Shown here in pieces: positions 8,821-18,671 of a stretch of DNA of 64,000 nucleotides. The position numbers were made by a program, and so were the translations under genes. This DNA is from Bacteroidales bacterium (GTDB taxonomy: Bacteria > Bacteroidota > Bacteroidia > Bacteroidales > JAGOPY01), in assembly GCA_017991835.1 (NCBI GenBank), contig JAGOPY010000005.1:155487-219486 (forward strand). Reading direction: 5' to 3'. The notes under the pieces were generated by a model that was not told the DNA's origin, searched no databases, and saw nothing but the letters and a program-made list of their open reading frames with translations. The first letter of the stretch is position 1; the number at the start of each line of letters is the position of its first letter.

Positions 8821-11364
8821 CTAATTCCCGACACTCAAGCTCCCCATCGGGAAAACGAGCGATATCTTCAGTGCGATATTATCCTTAAACAAAGGATAAC
8901 TGTAGGGTCCCCAGCGGTAACTGGCGCCAATACCGAGTGAATAGACCTGCAGGTTCAGCAGGTTGTTCACCAGGAATCCGCTTTCGTAATAACCTCTCTC
9001 CATCGTCTTATAATTGATCCCCAGATGGTTATCATTATGCTTCAGCCAGCCGAACGCCGCATTGGTGGTGATGACAAATTCGGGCTGGAACTTTTCCCAG
9101 CGCTTCAGCAGTTTTCCGAAATTATGGGTAAAATACAATGCGGCATAACGATCCGACAGGAACTCGTTCATCCGCATCGTCCCGAAACTGTTGTCGGCGA
9201 AAATGGTCAGGAACCGGTAGCTGCCGTTACCGTTGAAAAGATCGGTAGCCGGAATGCCACGGTCGATGTACCCCGCCCTTAGCAGCAGCGAGGTCTTTCC
9301 TATATATTTTGTATAGAACGATTTCTCGATCTTCGCGTCGAGCCGGTTGTATGCAAACTCGCCGTCGAGCAGCCCGTTGATCCCGCGGGTGTACTCCAGC
9401 CACAGTACCGGGTACTTTGTTCCGAGCGACATCCGCGCCCGCTTGGTCACGATGAACTGCTCCCGGAAAGCGAACCGGAACCCTGCCGTCACCTGCGTAA
9501 ACCGGAATTCATCGAGCGAAACGGTTGTCCCCTCTCCCTCGGCAATCCGGTAGCGGTACCCGTCGGATGCCTCCTTCGTGATCATCCTGAAACCCAGGCC
9601 GAATTTGAAGTCTCTCAATAATCTGAATCCCAGCGTCGTTCCCAGGTTTCTGACCGGGTTCTCGCGGTTGACAAGGAAGTTCCGCCAGTTTTCTCCCGTC
9701 AGGAAATTGTCGGTATCATCAAAAAACCTCACTCCCCCGCTCTCTGCAAGGTCATAGGTATATTGCGCCCCCCAGGTGACCTCATGCCGGCGGTTCAGCA
9801 CCACGCTCACATCGCCTCCGTATTTGGCCGATTTATCTTTGAAACCGTAGCCCCAATACCCTCCGATCTTAAAATAGCGGCTCACTTTATCGTTGGTGTG
9901 CGCACCCAGCCCCAGGTAAATCCCCTGGTAATCGTTGTATTTGATGATCCGGTCGAGGTCGATGTCGATGATCTTCCAGGGAATGCGTCCGCTCATCAGC
10001 GTTTCGAAACTCTGCGCAATCCGGTCGAAATTGGCTTCCTTTCCGATGCTGTCGAGGAATTCATAGGTCCGCCGGTCACGGTCAGTCAGCGTATCGATCC
10101 GGTATGCATTCCAGAAATCGTCCGGTTTTTCGTGGGAATCGGGGTCGACATCGACGCCCAGCGTGGCAAACTGCCGCCTGACCAGCTCGGGATTGATCAC
10201 AATGTCGCGGATGTAGCTCTTGCCGATACCCACCAACAGTGCCCGTGCTTCGCCGGCCGCAACCTGCATCCGGGCAAAGATCACATCGGTGTTCAACTGC
10301 ACCGGGAACCATTGCGTATCGTCGATCAGGTCGTACTTCTGCTGGATCTTGATACTGAAGCCCTCCTGCCTCGCCGGTCGTGCAATAGCGTTCTGTATGG
10401 CCCACTTGTAAGAATTGATGTACAGCACCCCTTCCATCCCGTCGAAATTCGTATTGGGTTTAGGACGATAAGAAATGATGAAGACCGTATCCGATCTTTC
10501 GGTATAAAGTGTATCTTCAATAATGAAGATGTATTTGTTCTTACTGCCCTCACTGATCGGATTTATATAGCTCTTATTCAGTATATTAAAGAATTCTTTG
10601 TAGAATGATGTCGACTGTATCTGGGATACCAGGAAGACGAAGATCGGGTCCTGGAAACCGGAAACCCGGTTCGCCTTAACATTCTCATAGTTGCGGTCGG
10701 GTGCCAAGAATTTGCGTTCTACCACCGATTCCATGATGGCAATATCCTGTTTGTCGAAAAACTCCTTCATCTCGGCCAGCGCCGTGTCAGAAAGAGTCGT
10801 GTCGGTCATCATCACTGCCGTGTCGGGCTCCATGATCAGCGTATCGGAGTACCAGTTGCCGGTGCTGTCTTTGCCCACCCGCATCATCGTATCCAGTTTT
10901 GCTGTCAGGATGGTTTTTTCATAAGATGTGTAAGAAAAGGAGGCCAGTTTCTCGGGATCGTTCCGGTAACGGTTGGCAAGCACGCTGTCGATGATCCGGT
11001 GCGCCGGATTAGCCGTGGGCAGAATAACGACTTCATTGAGATCGAAAGTCTTACGCTGCAATTTAATCAAAATCTTATCCACTTCCCCGTAGGGGATGGA
11101 ATACTGTAGCGGGAAATAACCGACATACGTCAGCCATATCGCATCGATCGGGCGGTCGGATTTCAGGGTAAATTTGCCGTCGATATCGGTGGAAATACCG
11201 GTTTTGGTTCCGGTCTGGATGATGTTGACAAAAGCCAGCGGTTCGCGGGTTTCGGCGTCAATCACCCGGCCGGATACGGAGTAAGGATGCTGTGACATGG
11301 CATCCGGCTGGAATGCCAGCAAAAAAGAGATAAGCAGCAGTGATTTCAGTAAAATATTGCGCAT
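8821..11364 (-). CDS. Outer-membrane protein with an N-terminal carboxypeptidase-regulatory-like domain (DUF5686-like from memory)
   Basis: Signal peptide MRNILLKSLLLISFLLAFQPDAMSQ. SGRVIDAETREPLAFVNIIQTGTKTGISTDIDGKFTL is a CarboxypepD_reg-type motif. The long C-terminal part has alternating beta-strand character. The family name is recalled, not searched. Confidence 0.7.
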   Translation of the reverse strand: MRNILLKSLLLISFLLAFQPDAMSQHPYSVSGRVIDAETREPLAFVNIIQTGTKTGISTDIDGKFTLKSDRPIDAIWLTYVGYFPLQYSIPYGEVDKILIKLQRKTFDLNEVVILPTANPAHRIIDSVLANRYRNDPEKLASFSYTSYEKTILTAKLDTMMRVGKDSTGNWYSDTLIMEPDTAVMMTDTTLSDTALAEMKEFFDKQDIAIMESVVERKFLAPDRNYENVKANRVSGFQDPIFVFLVSQIQSTSFYKEFFNILNKSYINPISEGSKNKYIFIIEDTLYTERSDTVFIISYRPKPNTNFDGMEGVLYINSYKWAIQNAIARPARQEGFSIKIQQKYDLIDDTQWFPVQLNTDVIFARMQVAAGEARALLVGIGKSYIRDIVINPELVRRQFATLGVDVDPDSHEKPDDFWNAYRIDTLTDRDRRTYEFLDSIGKEANFDRIAQSFETLMSGRIPWKIIDIDLDRIIKYNDYQGIYLGLGAHTNDKVSRYFKIGGYWGYGFKDKSAKYGGDVSVVLNRRHEVTWGAQYTYDLAESGGVRFFDDTDNFLTGENWRNFLVNRENPVRNLGTTLGFRLLRDFKFGLGFRMITKEASDGYRYRIAEGEGTTVSLDEFRFTQVTAGFRFAFREQFIVTKRARMSLGTKYPVLWLEYTRGINGLLDGEFAYNRLDAKIEKSFYTKYIGKTSLLLRAGYIDRGIPATDLFNGNGSYRFLTIFADNSFGTMRMNEFLSDRYAALYFTHNFGKLLKRWEKFQPEFVITTNAAFGWLKHNDNHLGINYKTMERGYYESGFLVNNLLNLQVYSLGIGASYRWGPYSYPLFKDNIALKISLVFPMGSLSVGN

Positions 11365-11385
11365 GCTGCAAAAATAGGCAATTCC

Positions 11386-12081
11386 TCAGACCGAGAAATA
11401 ATTCCGAAGCTCTTTAAGGGTGTTCTCTTCGGTCTGCAGGTCTTTCACGATGATCCCCTTTTCCAGGATGGCGATCCGGCTGCAGACCTCGGTCACGTGG
11501 TTGAGATCATGGCTGGAGATGAGCAGTGTTGTCCTTTTGTTTTCTTTCAACCTGTTCAGCATATTGATCAGTCTTATCTGTGATGAAGGGTCGAGGCCGT
11601 TGAAAGGTTCATCGAGGATGATGACTTCCGGATCGGCCATAAACGCTGCGGCCACGCCGATCTTTTGCTGGTTTCCTTTGGAAAGGTCGCGGATGAATTT
11701 CTTTTTCCCTAGGATCTCGTCATTAAAAAACTCCGTCATCGAATCCAGGAAAACATGCAGATCTTCCGGCGACATCCCGTGGATACGGGCATTGAAATCA
11801 AAATACTCTTCCGGCGTCAGGAAATCGATCAGGAAATTCCGGTCGAGGTAAGAACCGGTGTAAAGTTTCCAGTTCTCCGACCGCGATACATCCTGTTCTT
11901 TGGAAGTGACAAAACCGGTCTGAGGCCGGATAAGGTCGAGGATCAGGCGGAAAAGGGTTGTTTTACCCGCACCATTATTCCCGACAAGGCCGAAACTCTC
12001 ACCGGCTTTGATCTCCAGAGAGTCGATATTCAGGACGGTGACGCCAGAGTAGATTTTTGACAGATTACTTACTGAAATCAT
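11386..12081 (-). CDS. ABC transporter ATP-binding protein
   Basis: Walker A GNNGAGKTT, signature LSKGNQQK, Walker B IILDEPFNGLD. Confidence 0.9.
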   Translation of the reverse strand: MISVSNLSKIYSGVTVLNIDSLEIKAGESFGLVGNNGAGKTTLFRLILDLIRPQTGFVTSKEQDVSRSENWKLYTGSYLDRNFLIDFLTPEEYFDFNARIHGMSPEDLHVFLDSMTEFFNDEILGKKKFIRDLSKGNQQKIGVAAAFMADPEVIILDEPFNGLDPSSQIRLINMLNRLKENKRTTLLISSHDLNHVTEVCSRIAILEKGIIVKDLQTEENTLKELRNYFSV

Positions 12082-12093
12082 TGTTATACTGAT

Positions 12094-12148
12094 AAAGTGT
12101 TAAAGTGTTAAAGTGTTAAACTGGAATTGTCTTACAGTCCTACCGTCC
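12094..12148. repeat. Octamer array aaagtgtt x3 (+1 degenerate), followed by gtcctaccgtcc, whose accgtcct core is the reverse complement of the 14895 array unit
   Basis: Read directly at 12094-12125 and 12137-12148. It lies between the stop of the upstream permease (12166) and the ABC start (12081). Confidence 0.8.
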
Positions 12149-12165
12149 TAAATTCTCCCTGTTCC

Positions 12166-13644
12166 TCACTCCCTGAATCCCTCAGCCATTGTATATTTTC
12201 TTGCATAAAATCCCTTTTCAATCATCTTTACCCAGAATCTCCTGGAAATCAAACCCAGAATGCCCAGCAAACCGATGGCGGCAAGGCCCGTGTACCTGTT
12301 CCCGGTAAGGTTGAACGGGGCGAAGATGATCAACGGAAGTACAAATGCCGGAATCAGAACCAGCCAGTTCATCAGGCCGACGCCCTGGTAGTTAAAGCTC
12401 GATCCCTTCGCCAGGTCCATCCTCTTCTTATTGAAAGTTGCCATATATAATAAAAGGTATGATAAGAAACCCATGTTAAACAGGAATGCCACGAAGTTGA
12501 TAAGCAGGATATCCATCGAAAACAGAAAGTACGGAATGGTGATGATGAAACAAAAGGTAGTGATCAGCATCCCGATCGTGAGCTTGGCCCGGATGTAAAG
12601 ATCCATGTTAACGCGGCTGGTCAGAAGCCCGTCGAAATGATTGCTCTCGTAGCCGAAAGCGTAATTCAGGTAATTCATCGTCATCCCTCCCGTCATAAAG
12701 GTCCCGACAAAGATCAGCCAGGAGAAATCATTCCTGTAAATCGGGTTCGGATAAAAAAACAACCCGTACAGGACGAAAATGGGAAACATATACAGCATCG
12801 TCTTAGTCCGCTTATGCCTCCACCACAATTTGATGTCGAGCATGATCAGGTCGCCTGTCAATCCCATCGAATTCAGATACTTGATACGCGGAATATCCTG
12901 TACCTGGATGGTTTTATGCCGGATCACCTCATCGGGATAGACTTTCGACTTCAGGTAGAAATAATTCAGCGCATACATTAGAAAGGCCAGAATTACCGGG
13001 AGAATGGCCAGGAAGGGATTCTTCAGGACGGCGCCCATGGCGGAAGCTGAAATATCCGATAACCGGATCAGACCGTATATATCCATCGCCGCAAGGCCAA
13101 TCATTACTATCCCGGCGAGCAAAGTGATTACCGGGCGGGAGACGAGGATCCGCTTCAGGTAAGTTGCCAGAAAGTTATTGCTGATGACGAGGAAAAGGAT
13201 GGAAACGATCCATGCCACAGATGCAGCTCCGCCGTGGGATGGGAGGATGGTCCTGGCTGCAAACGGGATAAATACCAGCAGCGGCAGAAAATTAAGCAGG
13301 TGGAACAGCGATTTGGAAATAACGAAATGCACCATCGAGCTTTTCCTGACCGGGAGATGGAGGTACGATTCGATGGCAAACGTTGGAAGCGCCTGCATCA
13401 GGTAGCGGATCAGCAGGTCGAAACCCAGGAAATACAGGATGATTCCGTTTATTATGGCGACAGGATCGCTGTCGGGCATTATTTCAGAAAGCAAAGGTCC
13501 GAGGAAAAAACCGATCATCAGCAGGTAGACGATCATGAGGAAGGAGAAGAACCCGACGAAGATGTTCGCCACCATGTTCCGTTGCCAGACAGGCGACCGC
13601 CGGTATTCTTTCCACTGGTGATCCAGGAATATTCTGAACAGCAT
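12166..13644 (-). CDS. Polytopic membrane protein, putative permease partner of the adjacent ABC ATPase (DUF5687-like from memory)
   Basis: About 10-12 hydrophobic segments. The likely start is MLFRIFLDHQWKEYRRSP (13644); the ORF track extends to 13668. Confidence 0.7.
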   Translation of the reverse strand: MLFRIFLDHQWKEYRRSPVWQRNMVANIFVGFFSFLMIVYLLMIGFFLGPLLSEIMPDSDPVAIINGIILYFLGFDLLIRYLMQALPTFAIESYLHLPVRKSSMVHFVISKSLFHLLNFLPLLVFIPFAARTILPSHGGAASVAWIVSILFLVISNNFLATYLKRILVSRPVITLLAGIVMIGLAAMDIYGLIRLSDISASAMGAVLKNPFLAILPVILAFLMYALNYFYLKSKVYPDEVIRHKTIQVQDIPRIKYLNSMGLTGDLIMLDIKLWWRHKRTKTMLYMFPIFVLYGLFFYPNPIYRNDFSWLIFVGTFMTGGMTMNYLNYAFGYESNHFDGLLTSRVNMDLYIRAKLTIGMLITTFCFIITIPYFLFSMDILLINFVAFLFNMGFLSYLLLYMATFNKKRMDLAKGSSFNYQGVGLMNWLVLIPAFVLPLIIFAPFNLTGNRYTGLAAIGLLGILGLISRRFWVKMIEKGFYARKYTMAEGFRE

Positions 13645-13689
13645 AGCAGGAAAGTTTTCTTCCTGCAAAGTAAAAAAATATTTTTACAC

Positions 13690-13697
13690 TAACTTTG
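13690..13697 (+). promoter_or_regulatory. -7 promoter box TAnnTTTG (taactttg)
   Basis: Exact match 44 nt upstream of the ATG at 13741. Confidence 0.3.
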
Positions 13698-13740
13698 GAA
13701 CCCGCGGATTTACCCGTCGGACTACCAAACCCGATCCGGC

Positions 13741-14904
13741 ATGGAAGAACAACGCATAAAAATGATTGCCAAGACCTTTGAAGGTTTTGAGGAGATACTG
13801 GCGAGGGAGCTGAGGGACCTTGGCGCGGAAGATATTGACCTGATCAAACGGGGCATTCATTTCAGCGGTGATAAGAAGTTGCTGTACATGGCCAACTACA
13901 ACTGCCGGACGGCGCTCCGCATCCTGGTACCTCTTTCAAGCTTCAGGGCATCCACTGATGCCATGCTTTACGACGGCGTCAGGGCCATCCCGTGGGAAAA
14001 GTTCCTCGATTTCCGGGGGAAATTCGCCATCGACAGCGTGATCAGCTACTCCACATTCACACATTCGGGCTATGTGTCGCTGAAAGCGAAAGATGCGATT
14101 GCCGACCGGTTCCGCGACAAATTCGGCAAACGTCCCGACGTCGATAACAACGATCCCGATCTGCGGGTCAATGTGCATATTTTCCGTGAAGAATGCACCG
14201 TATCCATCGACTCCTCAGGCGCTTCGCTCCATCTGAGGGGTTATCGCCGGGCCCAGACCGAGGCGCCGATAAACGAGGTGCTGGCCGCCGGCCTGATCCT
14301 GATGAGCGGATGGGACGGCAAAACGCCCTTTCTTGATCCCATGTGCGGTTCAGGGACGATCCTGATCGAAGCGGCGCTGATAGCCGGCAGGGTACCTCCC
14401 GGTTATTACCGGCCGCTGTTTGGCTTTGAACGATGGAAGGATTTCGACCGGAGGCTATGGGACCGGGTGAAGCGCGAATGCGAAGAGGCGATTTCGGAGC
14501 CCACTGCACCTATCATCGGCTACGACCGTGATGAAAAAGCCATCCTTGCCAGCCAGGCCAACATCGATGAAGCCGGCGTAGAGCAATTCGTCAAGGTTGA
14601 GCAGGCCGATTTCACCACTGCTTCCCCGCCCTGGCGCAGCGGATTCCTCCTCACCAATCCACCTTACGGCGAGCGGATCAAGGTGGAAGACCTGAAACAG
14701 TTTTACAAAGACATCGGCGACGTGCTGAAACAGAAATATGCCGGCTATACCGCGTGGCTGCTGGGTTCCAACGAAGAAGCCATGAAATTCATCGGCCTCC
14801 GCCCTTCCCGCCGGATCAGGGTGATGAACGGCCCGCTCGAATGCCGGCTGGCGAAGTTTGAGCTGTACGAAGGGAGAAAGGGAGATAAGACTTTAGGACG
14901 GTAG
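13741..14904 (+). CDS. THUMP-domain class I SAM-dependent RNA methyltransferase (RlmL/YpsC-like)
   Basis: N-terminal THUMP-like region (AKTFEGFEEILARELRDLGA), the SAM-binding motif DPMCGSGTILIEA, and the catalytic NPPYGERI motif. Confidence 0.85.
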   Translation: MEEQRIKMIAKTFEGFEEILARELRDLGAEDIDLIKRGIHFSGDKKLLYMANYNCRTALRILVPLSSFRASTDAMLYDGVRAIPWEKFLDFRGKFAIDSVISYSTFTHSGYVSLKAKDAIADRFRDKFGKRPDVDNNDPDLRVNVHIFREECTVSIDSSGASLHLRGYRRAQTEAPINEVLAAGLILMSGWDGKTPFLDPMCGSGTILIEAALIAGRVPPGYYRPLFGFERWKDFDRRLWDRVKRECEEAISEPTAPIIGYDRDEKAILASQANIDEAGVEQFVKVEQADFTTASPPWRSGFLLTNPPYGERIKVEDLKQFYKDIGDVLKQKYAGYTAWLLGSNEEAMKFIGLRPSRRIRVMNGPLECRLAKFELYEGRKGDKTLGR

Positions 14905-14918
14905 GACGGTAGGACTGC
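14895..14918. repeat. Octamer array aggacggt aggacggt aggactgc that contains the gene's TAG stop
   Basis: Read directly. The CDS ends ...ACT TTA GGA CGG TAG inside the array. Confidence 0.85.
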
Positions 14919-14981
14919 AGAAAGGCAGGATAAAGTATTAATAAAAGCGTGTTTCAAAAGGTAAGATTTCTTTCAAAATAG

Positions 14982-15067
14982 CTTCGTGTACCTTCGTGCC
15001 TTCTTCGTGGATCTCTGTGCAACAATCATTTATAAATTACACGAAGTTCCACGAAGGTTTCACGAAG
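14982..15067. repeat. Inverted heptamer arrays: CTTCGTG x3, a 30-nt spacer, then CACGAAG x3 (segmented long hairpin)
   Basis: CTTCGTG at 14982, 14992 and 15003; CACGAAG at 15040, 15050 and 15061. The arms are reverse complements with 3-4-nt spacers. Confidence 0.85.
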
Positions 15068-15116
15068 CTCCACAAAGGACTTTTTAAACATCTTCATTCT
15101 TGTTGCCTTTTAGCAG

Positions 15117-15124
15117 TACCTTTG
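15117..15124 (+). promoter_or_regulatory. -7 promoter box TAnnTTTG (tacctttg) upstream of pfkA
   Basis: Exact match 26 nt upstream of the ATG at 15150. Confidence 0.4.
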
Positions 15125-15149
15125 CACCGAAAATCAGATCAACGAAAAA

Positions 15150-16130
15150 ATGCCATCAATTAAAAGAATAGGCGTACTGACCTCGGGGGGCGATGCACCG
15201 GGGATGAATGCCGCCATCCGCGCCGTGGTGCGCACCGGAATCTATCACGGCCTCGAAGTTTACGGAATCTATAAAGGCTATAGCGGGCTCATCCAGGGAT
15301 TGATCGAACCCTTGCACAGCCGGTCGGTCTCCAATATCATCCAGCGTGGCGGAACCATTCTGAAGACGGCCCGCAGCGAGGAGTTCAGAACCCAGGAAGG
15401 CCGCAAAAAAGCCCACGAGAACCTTATCAAACACAATATCGACGCGTTGGTCGTTATCGGTGGCGACGGCACCTTTACCGGGGCGAAAATCTTCCAGGAA
15501 GAATTCAACTATCCGATCGTCGGTCTGCCCGGAACGATCGACAACGACCTCTACGGCACCGACTACACTATCGGTTACGATACGGCCGTCAACACAGTGG
15601 TGGATGCAGTAGATAAGATCCGTGATACGGCTGACTCACACGACAGGCTGTTCATCATCGAGGTGATGGGGCGCGATGCGGGATTCATCGCATTAAGAAG
15701 CGGTATCGCTACCGGCGCCGAGAAGATCCTCATCCCGGAAAGTGTCACCTACACCGATGAGCTGATCGAAAAATTACGGACAGACTATGCCAACAACAAG
15801 ACCTCGGGGATCATCATCGTAGCCGAAGGCGACGACCTGGGCGGCGGATTCGATGTGGCCAGGGTGATAAAGGAACATTTTCCGCAATACGACACCCGGG
15901 TCACGATCCTGGGCCATGTCCAGCGCGGCGGTTCGCCCTCAGCTTTCGACCGCACCATGGCCAGCGCGATGGGATACCAGGCGGTGCTGGCCCTGAAAGA
16001 CGGGGTGCGCGGCGTGATGGTCGGCTCGATAAACCGGAAAGTCAGCTATACGCCGTTTGAGAAAGCAATCAAGCTGCACCAGAGTATCAACGAGGAATTG
16101 TTGGAAATTGCCGAGGTCCTTTCGCATTAA
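15150..16130 (+). CDS. pfkA: ATP-dependent 6-phosphofructokinase
   Basis: IGVLTSGGDAPGMNAAIRAVVR, GGDGTFTGA and PGTIDND motifs; 326 aa. Confidence 0.95.
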   Translation: MPSIKRIGVLTSGGDAPGMNAAIRAVVRTGIYHGLEVYGIYKGYSGLIQGLIEPLHSRSVSNIIQRGGTILKTARSEEFRTQEGRKKAHENLIKHNIDALVVIGGDGTFTGAKIFQEEFNYPIVGLPGTIDNDLYGTDYTIGYDTAVNTVVDAVDKIRDTADSHDRLFIIEVMGRDAGFIALRSGIATGAEKILIPESVTYTDELIEKLRTDYANNKTSGIIIVAEGDDLGGGFDVARVIKEHFPQYDTRVTILGHVQRGGSPSAFDRTMASAMGYQAVLALKDGVRGVMVGSINRKVSYTPFEKAIKLHQSINEELLEIAEVLSH

Positions 16131-16181
16131 CCTGACCGGTTATTTCGTACCTTTCAGCCTTTAAATCAAGCGCTGAATCCG

Positions 16182-18668
16182 TTGGAAACCAAATTCGCAA
16201 ATGTCCTTCTGCCCCTGCCTTTGCCGGGCTATTTCACCTACCATGTCCCGGGTGATTTCCGGGAAATGATTGCGCCGGGCAAGCGGGTCGTGGTGCCATT
16301 CGGTAAAAAAAAGATCTATACGGCGCTGGTCCATGAAGTCCTGGAAGAAAACCCCTCCTCTTTTGAACCGAAAAGCATCCTGTCGGTCATCGACGACAGG
16401 CCTGTTGTTTTCCCGGTACAGTTCCGGTTCTGGGAATGGATGGCATCGTACTACATGTGTACCCCCGGCGAAGTGATGAACGCTGCCCTCCCTTCCGGGT
16501 TCAAGCTGGCAAGCGAATCGATGGTCTGCCTCAATCCCGAGGCCGACCTCGAAACCGCCGATCTCAACGAGAAAGAGATCATGATCGTGGAAGCGCTCCT
16601 CTCCCAGAAAAAACTTCCTGTAAATGCCATTGCCGACCTGCTTGACCAGCGAAAGATCATCCCGATCATCCATACATTAATTGATAAAGGGATCGTCGTC
16701 GCCGAGGAAAAGCTCGAAGAGAAGTACAAGCCGCTCAGGCAGACCTTCATCCGGCTGGGAAAAGAATATGAAGATGAAGATAAGCTCAAAGCCATATTTG
16801 ACGAACTCAGCAAGCGGGCATTCAAGCAATTGCAGGCACTGATGGTTTTCCTGTCGCTGACCCGGGAAGCTTCCGTTAAAGCGATGGATGTTAGAAAAAG
16901 CGACCTCCTGAAAAACAAGGATGTGACGCAGCAGGCGCTTACCGCATTGATTAACAAGGGAATACTGGAATATTTCGAGATCGAGGCGAGCCGTCTGGCC
17001 GCTTCAACCGCGTTGAACGATCCGGGCGATATTGCGCTGAGCCTTCATCAGAAAAGGGCTTTTAGCGATATCGGGCGCATTTTTGCAGAGAAAGAGGTGA
17101 TCCTTCTTCATGGGATCACATCAAGCGGAAAGACGGAGTTGTATATCAAACTGATCGACCAGGCGTTGAATGAGAGAAAACAGGTGCTGTACCTGCTGCC
17201 CGAGATCGCGCTGACATCGCAGATCATCAATCGGCTGCAGCGATATTTCGGCGACAATGTAGGCGTTTATCATTCAAAATATAACGACAATGAACGGGTA
17301 GAAATCTGGAACCACTGCCTTCACCATGAAAAGGATTTTGAGAAAGGACGGTTCCAGGTGATCCTGGGCGCCCGCTCCGCCCTGTTCCTGCCCTATCACA
17401 ACCTGGGCCTAATCATTGTTGATGAAGAACACGATTCATCGTACAAGCAATATGATCCGGCGCCGAGGTACCATGCCCGGGATGCGGCGATCATGCTGGC
17501 CAGGCTCCACGGCGCAAAAACATTGCTGGGCTCTGCTACTCCGGCAATTGAAAGCTACTTTAATGCTTCGAATGGAAAATACGGGCTGGTGGAGATGACG
17601 GAACGGTTCGGCGGGGTCAGCCTGCCGGAGATTGTGCTGGCCAACGTGAGGGAGGAGACGAGGAATAAAACGATGCAGTCGCACTTCACCTCGGTCCTTA
17701 TCAATCGTACCAGGGATGCGCTGGCGCTGAAAGAGCAGGTGATCCTTTTCCAGAACCGGCGCGGATTCTCGCTGCACCTGACCTGCGATTCGTGCGACTG
17801 GGTCCCGATGTGCAAGAACTGCGACATCTCCCTCACCTACCATAAGCGGGAGAACAAGATCAAATGCCACTATTGCGGTTATTCGGAGGCGCTGCCGCAG
17901 GAGTGCCCGCAGTGCAAAAGCACGCGTATCCTGATGAAAGGGTTCGGAACGGAGAAAGTGGAAGAAGAACTTGGCGCGATATTCCCGGAAGCCACCATCC
18001 GCCGTATGGACCTCGATTCCACGCGGACGAAATACGCCCACCAGCGGCTGATCTCCGATTTTGAAGAGCGGCGGACCGATATCCTGGTCGGGACGCAGAT
18101 GGTGACCAAAGGGCTGGATTTCGACAACGTCAGCCTCGTCGGTATCCTGAACGCCGATAACATGCTTAATTTTCCAGACTTCCGGTCGCACGAACGGAGT
18201 TTTCAGCTCATGGAGCAGGTCAGCGGGCGGGCCGGGAGGAAAGCGAAGCAAGGCCAGGTCATTATCCAGAGCTATAACCCGCAGCATGCGATCATCCAGC
18301 ATGTTGTCCATCACGATTATCACGCTTTCTACCGCTCCCAGCTCACCGACCGGTACAAATTCCAGTACCCGCCTTTCAACCGGCTGATCATCCTGAAGAT
18401 CAAGCACCGCGATTACAATGTACTGAACAAGGCGGCCCGCGACCTGGCCCACGATCTGCGTGTGGACCTGGGAAAAAGGATTCTCGGCCCCGAATACCCG
18501 CTGGTCTCAAAAATCCAGAACTGGTATATCAAGCATATCATGGTCAAGATTGAGCGGGGGAACAATATCGCTGAGATGAAGAAAATTATTCTAAACAGGA
18601 TTGAAAATACCGGCAGGATCCCGGCTTACAGGCAGGTACGGGTGGTTATTGATGTTGACCCGGTTTGA
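16182..18668 (+). CDS. priA: Primosomal protein N' (replication restart helicase)
   Basis: Walker A GITSSGKTE, DEEHD box and a Cys-rich zinc region (CDSCDWVPMCKNCDISLTYH...CHYCG...CPQCKS). It appears to start at a TTG. Confidence 0.93.
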   Translation: METKFANVLLPLPLPGYFTYHVPGDFREMIAPGKRVVVPFGKKKIYTALVHEVLEENPSSFEPKSILSVIDDRPVVFPVQFRFWEWMASYYMCTPGEVMNAALPSGFKLASESMVCLNPEADLETADLNEKEIMIVEALLSQKKLPVNAIADLLDQRKIIPIIHTLIDKGIVVAEEKLEEKYKPLRQTFIRLGKEYEDEDKLKAIFDELSKRAFKQLQALMVFLSLTREASVKAMDVRKSDLLKNKDVTQQALTALINKGILEYFEIEASRLAASTALNDPGDIALSLHQKRAFSDIGRIFAEKEVILLHGITSSGKTELYIKLIDQALNERKQVLYLLPEIALTSQIINRLQRYFGDNVGVYHSKYNDNERVEIWNHCLHHEKDFEKGRFQVILGARSALFLPYHNLGLIIVDEEHDSSYKQYDPAPRYHARDAAIMLARLHGAKTLLGSATPAIESYFNASNGKYGLVEMTERFGGVSLPEIVLANVREETRNKTMQSHFTSVLINRTRDALALKEQVILFQNRRGFSLHLTCDSCDWVPMCKNCDISLTYHKRENKIKCHYCGYSEALPQECPQCKSTRILMKGFGTEKVEEELGAIFPEATIRRMDLDSTRTKYAHQRLISDFEERRTDILVGTQMVTKGLDFDNVSLVGILNADNMLNFPDFRSHERSFQLMEQVSGRAGRKAKQGQVIIQSYNPQHAIIQHVVHHDYHAFYRSQLTDRYKFQYPPFNRLIILKIKHRDYNVLNKAARDLAHDLRVDLGKRILGPEYPLVSKIQNWYIKHIMVKIERGNNIAEMKKIILNRIENTGRIPAYRQVRVVIDVDPV

Positions 18669-18671
18669 TCT

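Noticed and set aside
17436-18452. Long antisense ORFs (338 aa opposite priA; also 957-1535, 9763-10608, 50782-51396, 60934-61626, 63282-63902)
   Set aside because: Each lies fully inside a strongly supported gene on the other strand. Their translations are Arg/Gly/Pro-biased with no recognisable motifs, as expected for shadow ORFs in GC-richer coding DNA.
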